A program made the position numbers and the translations under genes. Under the pieces are notes generated by a model. That model was given only the letters and a program-made list of their open reading frames with translations, had not been told where the DNA came from and made no database searches. Shown one piece after another: positions 31,826 to 41,677 of a DNA stretch of 64,000 nt; position 1 is the stretch's first letter, and each line of letters starts with the position of its first letter. Location of the stretch: IMG/VR virus record IMGVR_UViG_3300035661_000001, positions 372,001 through 436,000 of that record; one strand, written 5' to 3'.

Positions 31826-32287
31826 ATGGTTGACACAAAAGCGATACTTAAAAAAGCCGAATTATTTGAAAAGCTAGCTCTTTATGGTGACAGAAAATCT
31901 TTTCTTCAAGCCCTAGCTCAATCTCAAGACGAGTATGGTTATGAATTAAATCCAATGGAGCCTGGATTTGCTGGAGAACTACCTTCTAGTCGTATAGTTG
32001 GCAATAAGCCGCTTTCATACCCAGAACAAGAATCAAAAGAGAAACATTCAACTAAAGTTTATAAATCAATTGCACATGGTTCACCAATTAATCCGCAATT
32101 ACAAAAAGCTTTAATTCTATTATACCCAAATGCTATGAGTGGTAGTAGACCTGATGGTGTTTTTGGACCAAGAACCCAATCAGCTATGAATCAATGGAAA
32201 ACTGAACGTCGTGATAACAGAGGTCTCGCAGATCCTTCACTACAAAAAGATATTATAACCTCCGCCGGGTTAGCACAAATAAAATAA
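31826..32287 (+). CDS. Protein with peptidoglycan-binding-like domain
   Basis: LQKAL...DGVFGPRTQSAMNQWK. Confidence 0.6.
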   Translation: MVDTKAILKKAELFEKLALYGDRKSFLQALAQSQDEYGYELNPMEPGFAGELPSSRIVGNKPLSYPEQESKEKHSTKVYKSIAHGSPINPQLQKALILLYPNAMSGSRPDGVFGPRTQSAMNQWKTERRDNRGLADPSLQKDIITSAGLAQIK

Positions 32288-32358
32288 ATTTTATGGTCTG
32301 CAGTTAAGTAAGAGCGTTATCAGGTCTGTATAAGTTCGATAATTAAACCATCACAAAC

Positions 32359-32384
32359 AAAAGAGACGCATTCGCGTCTCTTTT
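32359..32384. terminator. Bidirectional intrinsic terminator
   Basis: AAAAGAGACGC-ATTC-GCGTCTCTTTT between convergent genes. Confidence 0.8.
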
Positions 32385-32444
32385 CATTTTCCTCTCTCGA
32401 CAAAAACTTGGGGGATCTATAGGGGGAAGGTTATCTCTCTACCA

Positions 32445-32957
32445 TCAGATAAAAGCAGTTAATTTCCGGATGCCCTGTAGCCAACGAACAATATCTAATA
32501 CTGTGTCTATAGGTATTTTTTTACCAGTCTGAAATCCATTCCAGTGAATCACCCATTGACATTTAGAAAATCTATAATCTTTTATAGGATCTATTTTATT
32601 AAGCAATACCGCAGGGTTTCCTAAAGCAGTTTTATATTTTTCTTCATACAAAGTTAAATCCAACACTAAATCTTTCATTTGATTATCCGTGTATTCAGAT
32701 TTAATTATCTTTGCCACAAATTGACCAACTCTGATTCCTCCAGACTTAACAATAAAATCTTTCATTTTGTTCTTTTTAACATTTGTTAAATCACAGAATC
32801 CTCCGGCTTCTTTTAGTTTCATTTTTTGTTTGATTTCAGATTCCGCCGGAATCCAACTACCAGAAAAACTATCTGGTAAACTTTCTTCCTCTTGGGTATA
32901 TTGTTGATTAACAAGCCTTTGTATTAATTCAAAATATTCTTGGTTAGTCATTTTCAT
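32445..32957 (-). CDS. Hypothetical protein with KLTAFI tail
   Basis: 170 aa. Confidence 0.6.
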   Translation of the reverse strand: MKMTNQEYFELIQRLVNQQYTQEEESLPDSFSGSWIPAESEIKQKMKLKEAGGFCDLTNVKKNKMKDFIVKSGGIRVGQFVAKIIKSEYTDNQMKDLVLDLTLYEEKYKTALGNPAVLLNKIDPIKDYRFSKCQWVIHWNGFQTGKKIPIDTVLDIVRWLQGIRKLTAFI

Positions 32958-32998
32958 AATTAATTATATAACAATTTATAATAAATTCACATCATTCT

Positions 32999-33646
32999 AT
33001 GAATATCAATAGAGTAGTTAAATTAATCGACGTTTTTTATTCTCTAGCTTCTGAGAAGTTGCCGCCTGATTCTTCTAATTTAAAAACTATATTAAAGAAT
33101 ATAGAAAACCTTGAAACTTATCAGGCACGTATTAAATACGCAGAAGATAATTTAGACCATCTGTCCTCTGGATCATCTCGTATTGTTTATCAAGCACCAG
33201 ATAAAACTATTATTAAATTAGCCAAGAATGATAAAGGTATAGCTCAAAATAAAGCTGAAGCCAATCCTAAAATGAAATCTGATTTCCTAAACGAAATTAT
33301 TTCTAAAGATCAAAAAGGATATTGGATACAAACATATTTTTTGGATAAAATAAATGAAAAAGAATTCGAAAACTTAACTAAAATTTCTTTTGAAGATTTT
33401 AGTGAGGCATTGTCATTCGGAACTGATAAAAGTTCCAGCAAACAGCCTAAGAATTTTGATAAAGTATCAAAAACTCCTGTTTATAAAGAAATGAAAAGGC
33501 TTTGTGAGGATTTTGATCTGGTATCAGGAGATGTGACTAGGATTTCTTCCTGGGGAACTAAAGGTAATAAACCTATATTAATCGATGCAGGATTAACAGG
33601 AAAGATCTTCGAAGAATTTTACGAAGATGAAGATTCTTCCTCATAA
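32999..33646 (+). CDS. Protein-kinase-like fold protein
   Basis: SSGSSRIVY (Gly loop), IIKLA, QNKAE, GDV...SWG, LIDAG (DFG-like). Confidence 0.6.
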   Translation: MNINRVVKLIDVFYSLASEKLPPDSSNLKTILKNIENLETYQARIKYAEDNLDHLSSGSSRIVYQAPDKTIIKLAKNDKGIAQNKAEANPKMKSDFLNEIISKDQKGYWIQTYFLDKINEKEFENLTKISFEDFSEALSFGTDKSSSKQPKNFDKVSKTPVYKEMKRLCEDFDLVSGDVTRISSWGTKGNKPILIDAGLTGKIFEEFYEDEDSSS

Positions 33647-33729
33647 TAATTTTAAATATCGATCCATTGACATGCCGATTCCATGTGTTATCTTTAGGTG
33701 AAGATTTTTATAAGATCCACCTAAAGATT

Positions 33730-34338
33730 ATGATTTTTAAAACTATTAAGGATTTAATTGAACATAAATCAAATTGCACAATTTGCAATTCACCATTGCA
33801 CGCTTTTCTCAAAGAAAAAGCTAGGAATAAAGAAAGTATTCCCCAAAAAAGAATATGTTTAATTAATTCTAAATTCAAAAACCAACAATTTGAATTTAAA
33901 TTAGATTATTGTAGACATAATCTGGATATCCATTATCAAGCCATTCTTAATGATTCTAATCTATTAATTCTGGACCCACCTATTTTAGAAGAAAATGAAG
34001 TGGAATATGCTTTATCATTCCTAACAGATCTGTTTCTTAATATTGAATTACACTGTCTCAATAAAGAATGTAAACATAATTTTTATACCTTTACCTCAAT
34101 ATTAAAACCAAAATATAATTCAGATATTGGAGTATTTTTTCTTCCATTCTTTTTAGATTGGGAATGTTTTAACTTGAAACATTTATGGATTCAAAATGAT
34201 AACGTATCCCAATTAACAAAAATTTATAATACTAACTCTATTACAACACTTCCAATTACTATGCCTTTATTGCAAATAAGTTCCGATAACAAAGAAAAGA
34301 TATTCAACAGAATTAAAACTATTGTAAATTTTAGATAA
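33730..34338 (+). CDS. CxxC paralog family member 1
   Basis: CTIC..PL; ends RIKTIVNFR. Confidence 0.6.
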   Translation: MIFKTIKDLIEHKSNCTICNSPLHAFLKEKARNKESIPQKRICLINSKFKNQQFEFKLDYCRHNLDIHYQAILNDSNLLILDPPILEENEVEYALSFLTDLFLNIELHCLNKECKHNFYTFTSILKPKYNSDIGVFFLPFFLDWECFNLKHLWIQNDNVSQLTKIYNTNSITTLPITMPLLQISSDNKEKIFNRIKTIVNFR

Positions 34339-34342
34339 TAAT

Positions 34343-35041
34343 ATGTTAAAAGAATTTTTAAATTTTAATACTCATTGCCCATCTTGTAAAAACCCCCTTA
34401 CTTTATTCATGAGATGGTCCGGAGATATCATTGATAATGATTATCGTTTATTCAGGTTTCATCACAAACCAAATGAAAATATCGCATTTCGAGAAATTAA
34501 ACAAGATAATAAATATCCACAAAACTCTAAACACTCATTAGGTATAAACGGAATTATTTATCCAAATACTAATTCAATCACTTTCAATACTACCTCTGCA
34601 GAAAAGATAATTCAAAACCAAGATTCTATCTATTTCTTTTTTATATGTAATCCCAGCTCCATTGAATATCTTTCTAATGATTATGAAATCAATGTTTACG
34701 ATTCTTGTTATTTTAGATCATCTTTTCCAGTAAAATTTGTAAAAAATGATAATCGTCTATGTCCGACATATATAGAACCACCAGGTAATCATATAGCTAA
34801 TGAGCATTTTACTATCCTAGATAAAAAAGAAAATTCAGAAAAAGTATATGTTTTAACTGTATCTCATGAAGATAACAAAACATATTTAATGTATTACTCA
34901 GTTGACAACGAACAGACTTCAGACGAAGCTTTTACACCAAAAGTTTTTACCAAAGAACTTCCATTACTGAAAACTAGCCCTGACCCATCCGACAAAGACA
35001 AGTTACTGGAACGAATGAATTCCTGGATAATCATGAGTTGA
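34343..35041 (+). CDS. CxxC paralog family member 2
   Basis: CPSCKNPL; ends LPLL...RMNSWIIMS. Confidence 0.6.
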   Translation: MLKEFLNFNTHCPSCKNPLTLFMRWSGDIIDNDYRLFRFHHKPNENIAFREIKQDNKYPQNSKHSLGINGIIYPNTNSITFNTTSAEKIIQNQDSIYFFFICNPSSIEYLSNDYEINVYDSCYFRSSFPVKFVKNDNRLCPTYIEPPGNHIANEHFTILDKKENSEKVYVLTVSHEDNKTYLMYYSVDNEQTSDEAFTPKVFTKELPLLKTSPDPSDKDKLLERMNSWIIMS

Positions 35042-35193
35042 TTATACGCATTAGGCGCCGAAGTTGCAGACTTTTCTTTCTTAGGTAATGGCGTCAGAAA
35101 CTATGTAGAAGCTGTTTGGATTCATTTTAGAGAAGAATTAGACAGAAGAAAAATAGATACAGAATTTTTCTGTGATCTAGAAATATAAATTTT

Positions 35194-36282
35194 ATGAATA
35201 TCCCGCAAATAATCGCCTCAAGCGATGATAAACTTTCATCGCTTTTTAATATGATTCCTATTCATATTCATGAAAATAGGGTAAAAGAAATAGATCATCA
35301 GGTCAGTTCCCCGGAACTCTGGAGAAATCCACAAAAAGCCGCCGTTCTTATGAAAGAAAGACAAAAACTTTCAGAACTAATATCTTTCTTATCAACCGCC
35401 AAATCTAAATTGGAATTCTATAAAGAATGTTTATCTTCCATTCCAGATGAATTAATAGGAATAGAAGACCAAATAATGAGTTTATACTCCGCTATCTCCA
35501 ACTTGGAGTTTAAACAAATGTTATCCGATCCACTCGACGATTCTCCAGCAATAATTTCTATCAACGCTGGCGCTGGAGGATTAGAAGCCGCTAATTGGAC
35601 TACCATGCTTTTTAGAATGTATTCCAGATATGCCGCCGCTAATGACTTAAAAATAGAACTCCTTGACATGAAACCCTCAGAAGAACACTCTTCTATCTGT
35701 ACAGACTCCGTCTCTATTCGTATCGAAGGTCCCTATGCTTATGGCTTTCTTAAATCAGAAATAGGCGTTCATCGATTAATTCGTAACTCTCCATTTAACG
35801 CTAATGATGCCAGACATACCTCATTCGCCGCCGTGACTGTTCTCCCAGATATAGAAGATCAAATAGATATTCAAATAAATGAAAAGGATATCGAAATTAC
35901 TACAATGCGATCCTCTGGCGCTGGTGGACAAAATGTTAATAAAGTAGAGTCAGCTGTTAGATTAAAACATATTCCAACCGGTCTAGTTATCAATTCTAGA
36001 TCAGAACGAGACCAACATACCAATAGAAAAATTGCTCTCAAAATTTTAAAAGCTAAACTTTATGAATTAGAAGTGAATAAGAAAAATGCCGAAAAAGAGA
36101 AGTTCTTCAACTCTATGCAGGATAACTCCTTCGGACATCAAATAAGGTCATATATTCTATTCCCATCCCAAATGGTAAAAGATCATCGCTCCGAATATGA
36201 AACTAAATCTGCTACACAAGTTCTAGATGGCGATTTAACTCCATTTATTAACGCTTTTCTACATTCAAATGTTAACCGTTAA
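35194..36282 (+). CDS. prfB: Peptide chain release factor 2
   Basis: GAGG.EA..W..ML.RMY, SPF specificity tripeptide, [26 protein letters not shown]; no internal frameshift. Confidence 0.93.
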   Translation: MNIPQIIASSDDKLSSLFNMIPIHIHENRVKEIDHQVSSPELWRNPQKAAVLMKERQKLSELISFLSTAKSKLEFYKECLSSIPDELIGIEDQIMSLYSAISNLEFKQMLSDPLDDSPAIISINAGAGGLEAANWTTMLFRMYSRYAAANDLKIELLDMKPSEEHSSICTDSVSIRIEGPYAYGFLKSEIGVHRLIRNSPFNANDARHTSFAAVTVLPDIEDQIDIQINEKDIEITTMRSSGAGGQNVNKVESAVRLKHIPTGLVINSRSERDQHTNRKIALKILKAKLYELEVNKKNAEKEKFFNSMQDNSFGHQIRSYILFPSQMVKDHRSEYETKSATQVLDGDLTPFINAFLHSNVNR

Positions 36283-36838
36283 AGATTTCATTGGATACAA
36301 CAATCCATGCTTCTTCTGCAAAACACCAATAGATCTGAAGATTAGATCTACTAATGCATCAAATGATCGATCTATCTCTATCAAACCGGACCTATCATCG
36401 GAAATATTAGATCTTGCTTTAAAAGTTACCTATGTGGGCACTCTTAATTTAAAAATAAATCACACCCACAACAGATTTAATTCAAATAATTTTAAAGACT
36501 TGACAGCATATTTAAAAGATTATAAGCTCTCTATGAGCCTTCGCTGCAATAAATGTGGCACTACCATAAAAAGCAAAAATTTACAATTTGATCTAGTTAA
36601 CCAAATTATCAAACCACTAGAAATATCTAGCGAAGTTCTCAACGTTATAGGTAAAGGTACTTTTTATTCTTTAGTCTCCAATTTCCAAAAGAATATATCT
36701 ATCCTGTCCGCAACTCCTATGCAACTAGGTAAAAATAATTATACCACTATACTAGATCTCCCACTGCAACCACTATCAAAATTCGATAGTCCAGAACATT
36801 TCATAAAGAAAATGAAAACCCTTCTTCTATTTATATGA
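36269..36838 (+). CDS. CxxC paralog family member 3
   Basis: CFFCKTP; ends KMKTLLLFI. Confidence 0.6.
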   Translation: MLTVKDFIGYNNPCFFCKTPIDLKIRSTNASNDRSISIKPDLSSEILDLALKVTYVGTLNLKINHTHNRFNSNNFKDLTAYLKDYKLSMSLRCNKCGTTIKSKNLQFDLVNQIIKPLEISSEVLNVIGKGTFYSLVSNFQKNISILSATPMQLGKNNYTTILDLPLQPLSKFDSPEHFIKKMKTLLLFI

Positions 36839-37176
36839 TATACGAAAATTGCCCAATCTGTTCAAAAACATTATCAAAACAATCAGAAACTTTAAACCCA
36901 GGTTTAATAAGCTGCGAGTCATTCTGCGAAAAAGAAAAAGACCACTCCTTCTTCTCAAGATGGTTTAATGAAGAACCCAATCAAACGCAAATAATTAAAA
37001 TTGCTTTCAAAGGTGACTCCAAAATATTTTTGAAACTCAATTACCAATTACAAAAAAGTTTTATCTGGACAAAACCAAATGACGTACATCCCATTAAAGT
37101 ATCATTGTTTGAACCAGATTTCTCTGATATCCCAAAACTTAAAAAGAAACTCAAAACCCTTCTTCTATTCATATAA
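36835..37176 (+). CDS. CxxC paralog family member 4
   Basis: CPIC; ends PDFSDIPKLKKKLKTLLLFI. Confidence 0.65.
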   Translation: MIYENCPICSKTLSKQSETLNPGLISCESFCEKEKDHSFFSRWFNEEPNQTQIIKIAFKGDSKIFLKLNYQLQKSFIWTKPNDVHPIKVSLFEPDFSDIPKLKKKLKTLLLFI

Positions 37177-37178
37177 AT

Positions 37179-37532
37179 ATGAAAATCCCATCCGATTGCC
37201 CTATCTGTCATCAATTCCTGTTAAATAAATACATACAAGATGCCAACCAAATCGATGTCCTAAAGAAGAAATGCTTCCGCTCTCCCACCCATAATATAGA
37301 ATATACCTCCCTCCCAAATCAGGACGATTCCCTTAAATCTATCACTCTCACCACCTTCAATAAACTAGAAATCTCCCATTTCAAATGGGACTTCCAATTA
37401 AAAGAATTCACAATCCGTTTCCCCAAAGGAAACTTTACCCAAGAGATAAAACATCTCCCATTCTTTATTCCCAATTTATCTAATCTCCCAACCCTAATAT
37501 CAAAAATTAAGAAATACTTAATTTTCTCATGA
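37179..37532 (+). CDS. CxxC paralog family member 5
   Basis: CPIC; ends PNLSNLPTLISKIKKYLIFS. Confidence 0.65.
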   Translation: MKIPSDCPICHQFLLNKYIQDANQIDVLKKKCFRSPTHNIEYTSLPNQDDSLKSITLTTFNKLEISHFKWDFQLKEFTIRFPKGNFTQEIKHLPFFIPNLSNLPTLISKIKKYLIFS

Positions 37533-37545
37533 CATATGATAATGC

Positions 37546-37875
37546 ATGAAGCTACCCAAATTTTGCCCAATCTGTAATAATAGATTAAAAAAAGATGTCA
37601 ACCCACAAATAAACTCTAGCAAAATCTGCTGCGCTAAATCCCCAGGACACTATCTCGGATACCTATTTGACGAAAAATCTCAGCTCACTCACGTCTTCCT
37701 TACCCTAGACAATTACTCAAGCATCGAACTACGAACAATCCATAACGAAACAATCTTCTATTATAACCCCAAATCTAACCTGGATTTTCTCGTCATACCC
37801 AAACTCCTAATTCCCGATTTCCCATCCCTCAGTAAACTAAAACAAAAACTATCCATCCTAAGGGTGTTTATCTAA
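37546..37875 (+). CDS. CxxC paralog family member 6
   Basis: CPIC; ends PDFPSLSKLKQKLSILRVFI. Confidence 0.65.
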   Translation: MKLPKFCPICNNRLKKDVNPQINSSKICCAKSPGHYLGYLFDEKSQLTHVFLTLDNYSSIELRTIHNETIFYYNPKSNLDFLVIPKLLIPDFPSLSKLKQKLSILRVFI

Positions 37876-37898
37876 CCCACCCATCAAGAGGTCTACCC

Positions 37899-38264
37899 TT
37901 GAATTGCCCCTCCCTAAATTGCCCGTTCTGTAACAATCCACTGCAATTTAAACTCGATAATTATAAATTTGTAAGACAAAACTACTCCCAACCATATTCC
38001 TGTACAAAATGTCCAGGAAAACCTACCTTCGCCCTACTCTTCCAACAAGATAAAATCCCCCAAGCTATTGATATCTTCCTGCCCGCCAAATATAAAAAAC
38101 AACGCTATTATATTCACCAAAATTATATAGCCAAATCTACCACCATCTTAAAAAATAACTACCCCAAATCTATCATCATAACCTCTCTCCCTATCCTAGA
38201 TATCTCCCCTAATACATCCCAACATACCCTATATAGAATTCTAAGCAACAAAGCCTTCCTATGA
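37899..38264 (+). CDS. CxxC paralog family member 7
   Basis: CPFC..PL, CTKC; ends RILSNKAFL. Confidence 0.6.
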   Translation: MNCPSLNCPFCNNPLQFKLDNYKFVRQNYSQPYSCTKCPGKPTFALLFQQDKIPQAIDIFLPAKYKKQRYYIHQNYIAKSTTILKNNYPKSIIITSLPILDISPNTSQHTLYRILSNKAFL

Positions 38265-38615
38265 CTCCAAATTGCATTTTTTTTGCTCTTCTATCCTAGA
38301 AATTACCGAATTATCAAAAAACTCTTCCGTTGCACATTGCCCCCAATGTATGAAAATAGAAGAATATTATATTTCTTATTACCTAGAAACTAATAAAAAA
38401 ATTGACACATGCATGGTTTATCACTCAGACAAAAGTATAAAATACTCTGTCGCCCTAGACCTAAAACTATACACTATCATCATCACTACCTGGGAAGCAA
38501 ATGCCCTAGTCGATGCTATCTATTTCCCCTCCCACTATTCAATTCCCTATTCCACCTAATGGAAATCGCCGGACAATTTGCCCAGCGATTCAATAAAATT
38601 AAAGCTTTCCTTTAA
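38261..38615 (+). pseudogene. CxxC paralog family member 8, split by two frameshifts
   Basis: ATG 38261 MTPNCIF, a T8 run, then frame 38272 CSSILE..CPQC, then frame 38409 ending RFNKIKAFL. Confidence 0.5.
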
Positions 38616-39337
38616 TTCATTATTCCCTCACCTCTCAAAAACTCCTGGATCTTATCCACATGTACAAAAAATACATGCCCAGGGGCATCTCTCATCAGAA
38701 AACTACAAATCCCCACCAATCTGCCCTCCATATCAAATACCCCACCACCACTGTTCCCATGCCAGCCACTCACGTCAACCGCCAAAAACTTATCTCCATC
38801 TTCTATCATATCCTCCCTTATACCAGCTACCATACCCTCTAAATAATTATACAACATACCTCCAGTATGCCCCATAACTATCACCTTCTCCCCAACTCCT
38901 ACCCCATTTCCTATCTTAACCCCTTGCCCAACTCCCGATCCATCTATTGCTAACACTAACGCCAAATCAGTATCCTCAGATACCGCACTCACTATCCCCC
39001 ACCTAGCCGGACTTAAACTAATCCCCATCTTAGATATATTTACCTCACTCCTTATCTTAAATCTAATCAATGATCCAGCTTTAGCCTCATCTTCCTCATC
39101 CGTTACACAATGACGAGCCGTTATAAACCTGTCCTTGTCTATCCAAACTCCACCACAAATCATCCTCCATCCATCCTTGCTCTCTTTCACTATCAACAAT
39201 GTCTCCATCTGTAACTCAGGTATCTTATCCATCCCTCCTTCATGCTTGATTTTCACTTCCCCCCCACGGCAACAACTTACCAGCCCTATCACCATCAGAA
39301 CTAACACCATTATCCGAAACCATAATACGTTCCTCAT
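38612..39337 (-). CDS. Trypsin-like serine protease with signal/lipoprotein N-terminus
   Basis: TARHC, DLAL, GNSGG catalytic triad; hydrophobic N-terminus ending LVSCC. Confidence 0.88.
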   Translation of the reverse strand: MRNVLWFRIMVLVLMVIGLVSCCRGGEVKIKHEGGMDKIPELQMETLLIVKESKDGWRMICGGVWIDKDRFITARHCVTDEEDEAKAGSLIRFKIRSEVNISKMGISLSPARWGIVSAVSEDTDLALVLAIDGSGVGQGVKIGNGVGVGEKVIVMGHTGGMLYNYLEGMVAGIREDMIEDGDKFLAVDVSGWHGNSGGGVFDMEGRLVGICSFLMRDAPGHVFFVHVDKIQEFLRGEGIMN

Positions 39338-39590
39338 GATCTTATCCCGTTCTCTCCACCGCTCCCTATCAATTATATGTATTTATCAACTTATTAAAGT
39401 TTTAATTCAATTGCCCTATACATAATTTTAATAGATACTTTCAAAAATCCTTATTAGTAGTTTTTTTCATTTTGTTTGTTTTAATTCAAATTAACCGTTT
39501 TGAATTCGATATTTTCCATTTTAGGTCATATATTTGGTATTTTTTATTCTCTTTTAGTTACATTTAATTCTTCCTACCCCCTTTTGGGAG

Positions 39591-39605
39591 GCAAACCCCG
39601 TGCCA
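39591..39605 (-). promoter_or_regulatory. Lone sigma54 -24/-12 element at the composition boundary
   Basis: Reverse strand reads TTGGCACGGGGTTTGC (GG-N10-GC). Confidence 0.6.
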
Positions 39606-40095
39606 ACACCTGACCCATCCCAGCCTTTTCCCGCCACCCCCATTGCCCATCAGTTGTTCCATCCCATCCCAAACAAAGGTCATACAATAGATTTATTAAT
39701 CTATTCTTTCCGTTGACACTGTTTATTCTTTTCTTTTCCCATCCTATCAATGATTTTCTTTTCTATCTTCTTTTAGTACAGCCCATCCGTCAAACATCCC
39801 AAATCATACCATGATCACCATCCTCATCACGTTTTTCGGTGTTACCACCACGGAAACGGTGCCCGATCAGCCCATCCAGCGCCGTCGTGCTGCTGATCTG
39901 CTGATGAAGGTAGCTCTCGCGGACGGCAAAGGCGCCGGGCACCGCGACGGATGCGATCCCATCACGGTCGGTTGAGCTATCATGGCGCGACTCCTCGATA
40001 GGATGCTGGGTTACTGGAGCAAGCTGGATGACTGGAGCACTAAGGTAGAGACCTACCTGCTCTACACCCATCGCAAGTTCTGATCGGAGAAAGTC

Positions 40096-40449
<354 letters not shown>

Positions 40450-40670
40450 ATGGTTCCAGTCGAGACCCATCCTCTTACGTAGTGGGTGAATGTCATGCTC
40501 GCAATCTACAACGCTCGCGCCTTCCTTGTCGCGAACCTCACAACCTCACGTGGTTGGGACGGCTGGAATCCTCGGGGCGGACCCTGATAATCCACATCGA
40601 TTACACCATCAACGGAAAGCGGGCGACCTTCACCGACTACCGCTTCGAGCTGGTCAGCAAGTAGTGTACC

Positions 40671-40711
40671 AAGGGCGGAGCCTCCGGGCTGCCGCCCTTT
40701 CACTTTTCTTT
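40671..40711 (+). terminator. Intrinsic terminator
   Basis: AAGGGCGGAGCC-TCCG-GGCTGCCGCCCTT plus T-rich tail; covaries with the 41629 copy. Confidence 0.8.
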
Positions 40712-40720
40712 CCCGGTAGT

Positions 40721-40810
40721 GGCACGCCGATTGCAATATACACTTCCTGTGCCAATCAAGATAGCATCATAGGTTATGGCATTAGGTTTGCATTAAGCAA
40801 GTTGCTTGCC
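40721..40810. promoter_or_regulatory. Two head-to-head sigma54 -24/-12 pairs
   Basis: TGGCACGCCGATTGC..GTGCC (40721-40753) and TGGCATTAGGTTTGC..GCAAGTTGCTTGCC (40778-40810). Confidence 0.8.
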
Positions 40811-40869
40811 ATGCTCTGCTGGTCCCCAGCGAGCTCGATCCCATCCTCCCCTAGTGTTCTGCTATTAGC

Positions 40870-41151
40870 ATGAACACCCTGCAAAACATCCTCTCGACCC
40901 TCGCCGCTCTTCACACCGCGGATGCCGCAGTGACCGCGCTCCCCGTTGATGCTTCCGACGGTGAGGAAGATTCTCTCATGGCGGAATTCACCGCCGCAGA
41001 AACTGCGCTGTGGCACATGGCTCCGGCGTGGTTCAAAGATGCCGCGAGCGTCGGCGGGCTTCATGGCACGGGTCTTGCCGGCGATCCGGTCTTCTGGGCT
41101 CTAGATGACGTGGCGGAGCTTTGCGCCATATTGGCAATCGCCGCGCTCTAG
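40870..41151 (+). CDS. Acidic hypothetical protein (paralog of 41365)
   Basis: MNTLQNILSTLAAL...ALW. Confidence 0.65.
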   Translation: MNTLQNILSTLAALHTADAAVTALPVDASDGEEDSLMAEFTAAETALWHMAPAWFKDAASVGGLHGTGLAGDPVFWALDDVAELCAILAIAAL

Positions 41152-41364
41152 CAACAAGCATGCCAAGGAGAGCTCGCTCGGGCTCTCCTTCCGGTTCGCA
41201 GTGCAAGACTGCTACGTCGTTGGTGACGAGATCGTGCTTGACGTCGAGCACCTTGTGGGCGGTGAATGGCGCCCGATCTTCATCTTCAGCGTCAAGGAAG
41301 CGGAGGAGCGAATCTTTACGCTGCCCATCTAGAGTCCCATCCTGTATTGGCTGACGGGTATGGC

Positions 41365-41622
41365 ATGAGCTACCTCGTCAAGCTGAATCAAGTTCTCGCG
41401 ACCCTCGCAGCCGTTGACTCTTCCGTCTTCACTGGAACGGAGGATGAGATGGCTCTGTGGGACGCGGTGATCGAAGCAATCATCGAAATCGTCCGCCTTG
41501 ATCCGACGGCGGCGAAGTTCACGGCTGGCATGGATCCTGCCGCCATCTGGCAATTCGCGCAGGAATCCGATTTTGATTCTTGGCGCGATGTCGCCGCCAG
41601 GATCGACGTATCAAGCAAGTAA
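41365..41622 (+). CDS. Acidic hypothetical protein (paralog of 40870)
   Basis: MSYLVKLNQVLATLAAV...ALW. Confidence 0.65.
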   Translation: MSYLVKLNQVLATLAAVDSSVFTGTEDEMALWDAVIEAIIEIVRLDPTAAKFTAGMDPAAIWQFAQESDFDSWRDVAARIDVSSK

Positions 41623-41628
41623 CGTGCC

Positions 41629-41660
41629 AAGGGTGGAGCCTCCGGGCTACCACCCTTTCG
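41629..41660 (+). terminator. Intrinsic terminator
   Basis: AAGGGTGGAGCC-TCCG-GGCTACCACCCTTT. Confidence 0.75.
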
Positions 41661-41677
41661 GTTTACCGTTCTACTGT

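Noticed and set aside
32290-32352. Possible tRNA before the terminator (contains GTTCGA)
   Set aside because: No convincing T-stem or cloverleaf could be built
4440-33000. A phage late-promoter motif like AATAAT-N3-(G/A)(T/C)AT upstream of several AT-region genes
   Set aside because: It cannot be distinguished by eye from background in ~70% AT DNA; motif discovery is needed
35194-36282. RF2 as a sign of TAG stop-codon reassignment
   Set aside because: Conserved long genes are intact in the standard code, and the 27206 gene ends KAFW-TAG exactly where similar tails end with TAA or TGA
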